Origin: an uncultured Solibacteraceae bacterium
GTDB taxonomy: Bacteria > Acidobacteriota > Vicinamibacteria > Vicinamibacterales > SCN-69-37
Assembly (NCBI GenBank): GCA_964548865.1
Contig: CAZJTG010000004.1
Location: 1-41,948, forward strand
Direction: 5' to 3'
Length of the DNA stretch: 41,948 bases
In this document: positions 33,301 through 36,300 of the stretch, piece by piece
Numbering within the stretch: the stretch's first letter is position 1
Layout: every line of letters starts with the position of its first letter
Translations under genes and position numbers: made by a program
The notes under the pieces: model-generated
Told to the model about the DNA's origin: nothing
Seen by the model: the letters and a program-made list of their open reading frames with translations, nothing else
Database searches by the model: none

Positions 33301-36300
33301 AGTTCTCGCATCCCACGCTGACGCCGCCGGCCGAGATGACCGGCGCCCTCGTCGCCGATCCCACCCGCATCCAGCTGACGCCGGGCAACGCCGGCCACAC
33401 GACGGTCTTCGTCGGCACGACGCCGGTCGCGACCCCGTCCTTCGTGGTCGCGCCGACGGTCAACACGGTGCGCGTCGACTTCGACCAGGCGTCGGGCAAC
33501 ACCGCGTTCCAGAACTCCAAGAACGTCGCGATGCTCCGCCTGCGTCTGCGCACCGACCGCAACACAGCGATCGTCGAGGCGATCCGGGTCGACCGCATCG
33601 GCAGCGCGTCCGCGCTCGACAGCGACGTCAACATCGTCAAGATCTGGAAGGACCGCGACGGCAACGGCGTGTTCGACGTCGCCGATTCGACCTCCGGGCC
33701 GCTGAACGACTTCCCGGGCCTGATGTCCTTCGGCAACGAGACCTTCTCCTCGGGCACGGTCACGCTCGCCCTCAAGAACGAGATCCTGGTCACGACCACG
33801 CCCGCCGACTACTTCGTGACGTACGACGTCTCGCAGTTCGCGGCCGAGGGCAACCAGCTGGGCGTGGCGATGCTCAACCCGAGCTACCTGACCGTCCAGG
33901 TGCCGAACGCGGTCAACTTCTCCACGCCGACGTTCTCGTCCAATCCGCTCATGACGGTGACCAAGGTGGTCTCGCGGGTCACGGTGGGCACCAACGACAT
34001 CGCCGCGGACGTCCCCGGCGTCACGCAGGCGCAGGCGAACGTCGGCATGCTGCGCATGAACCTGGCCACCGACATCGCGCTGGCGCCCTGGCGCTCGCTG
34101 CGCGTCGAGCGCGGCGGCTCCTCGCAGGATCCGAGCAAGCCTCTCGGCCGCAACACCGACGTCAAGTTCGTGCGCGTGTACAAGGACATCAACTCCAACG
34201 ACAGGCTGGATCCGACCAACGACATCAACATCTCGGAGGTCAACACCACCCTCGTGGTCGCGGTGTCGAGCAACGTCGTCGCGCCGTTCGACCTCGTCGT
34301 CATGTCGACCGCGGGCTTCCCCATCGACAATCTCGGGGCCCCGATCGGCGGCAGGATCTACGTGAACAACGCCGAGCTGATGACCTTCTCGGGCATGGGC
34401 TGCGCGGGCACGGGCGGCGTGGACCCGGGCACGCTGCGGCCGTGTCTCGCGATCGCCACGCGCGGCAACCAGCTCGGCACGGCCCCCACGCCGATCCTCA
34501 ACCACTCGGTGGGGGTGCCGGTCCGCAAGGTCGACGTGTTCAACCAGGCCAACGACGCGGACGTCCAGGCCCTGATCTCCTTCAACGCCGATCAGCTCAT
34601 CGGCCCGTCCGCGCAGAACTTCTTCGTCGCCTACGACATCGGCGACGCGGCCGTGCAGAACGACCTGATCAACGTCACCCTGCGCGACCCCACCTGGATC
34701 GGCATGCCGCGCGGGGACATCGTCCAGCCGACGCTGCTCAAGGGCGTCACGATCGGCAATCCGCTCGGCACCTCGGCGACGACGTATCCGTACGTCGGTC
34801 AGAACATCGCGATCAGCCCGATCACGCTGCAGGTGTCGGGCAATTCGCTCGCGCCCGCGGGCGCCGGCCAGGGCGACGCGAACGTGCCGATCCTGCAGAT
34901 CGACATGAAGACCAGCTCCGACTTCGTGGCGGTCGCGCAGCTCCGTCTGCGCCAGACCGGCACGATCATCACGTCGACCGGCCCCGCGGGCCGAGGCGAC
35001 GGCGACGCCTCCTTCATCAAGGTCTGGCTCGACAACGGCGACCGCGTGTTCACCTCCAACGTCGACACGATCCTCGGCCAGCTGCCCGTCTCCACGGCGG
35101 GGGCCTTCTCCAACGGGACCGCGCTGGTCCCGCTGCAGCTCGGCGCGATCCCGTACGTGCGGGTCACGACGAACACGGCCATCTTCTACGTCACGGCGGA
35201 CATCGGCTTCAACGACGAGGCCGGCTACTCGACCCTGCAGCACAATCTCGGATTCCAGCTCGCGGCGTTCACGGACATCATCGCCCCGGACGGCGCGCCG
35301 GTGGTCGCGGCGGCGGATCCGTCGAAGCAGCCGCCGCTGACCTCCAAGACCCTGCTCATCGCGCCGCTGACCGTGCCCGGCGTCTCGATCAGCTCCATGG
35401 TCCCGCCGATCATCGTCACGCGCGCCGGCCCCGGCATCCCCGGCTACGCGGTCGGCTACCCGGCCTACGCCCAGGTCGACGCGGTCAACTGCAACAACGG
35501 CAAGGACCCGGTCAACCCGCGCAACAACATCTGCTACGACTCGGCTTCGAACCCGCTGCCCGACCAGACCCGCTGGCTGTGCCCGAACGGGGCGTCCTGG
35601 ACCGCGATCAACTGCGGCGGTTCGCCGCCGCTCATCGACGTGAACGGCGACGGCGTGCCCGACAACTTCAAGGTCGGCGAGTCCACGCGGGCGACGAACG
35701 TCTCCCTGCTGGGCGACGGCACGCCCACCGTGGGCCCGACCGTAACGGGCATCCTCGACGTCGTCATCAACAAGGACGGCGTCGTCGACTTGGTGCTGTT
35801 CTCGCCCGGCTCGAACAAGCCCCAGTTCCGCATCGGTCTCGACATCGCCGACCAGGGCAACCTGGCCAAGACGGCGCCCGATCCGGGCCAGGGCCTCGCG
35901 CCCTCGGCGTGGGCCAAGAGCGCCGGCTCGCTGTCCTTCAACCTGCCGATCACGGGCACGACCGGCTACTACCAGGTCGCCGTCGGCAAGTTCTACGACG
36001 ATCCGATCGGCATCACCCACAAGTGGTCGTCGGTGACCGCGGTCGGCACCTCGGGCATGTCCGCGCAGTCGTTCTTCGGCACCCTGGCGAGCGCCCCGAT
36101 CACGGGGGCGACGCTGAGCAATCTCGTGCTCGACGTCCCCAATATCACGCGCCTGACCCAGACGATGACCCAGGACACGACCTTCTTCACCGTCGAGGAC
36201 AACCGCAACCTGCTGGGGGCGACGAACGGCGCCGGCCTGGTCTACATCGGCTCCGAGATCCTGCGCGTCAAGCGCGGCCCGACGCCGACCACCTTCGAGG

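Noticed and set aside
5575-35300. Regular periodicity across about 30 kb that might suggest a CRISPR array or satellite DNA.
   Set aside because: The periodicity is at protein level only, with modules of 130 or about 210 aa. There are no exact direct repeats with unique spacers, and the whole region is one open reading frame.
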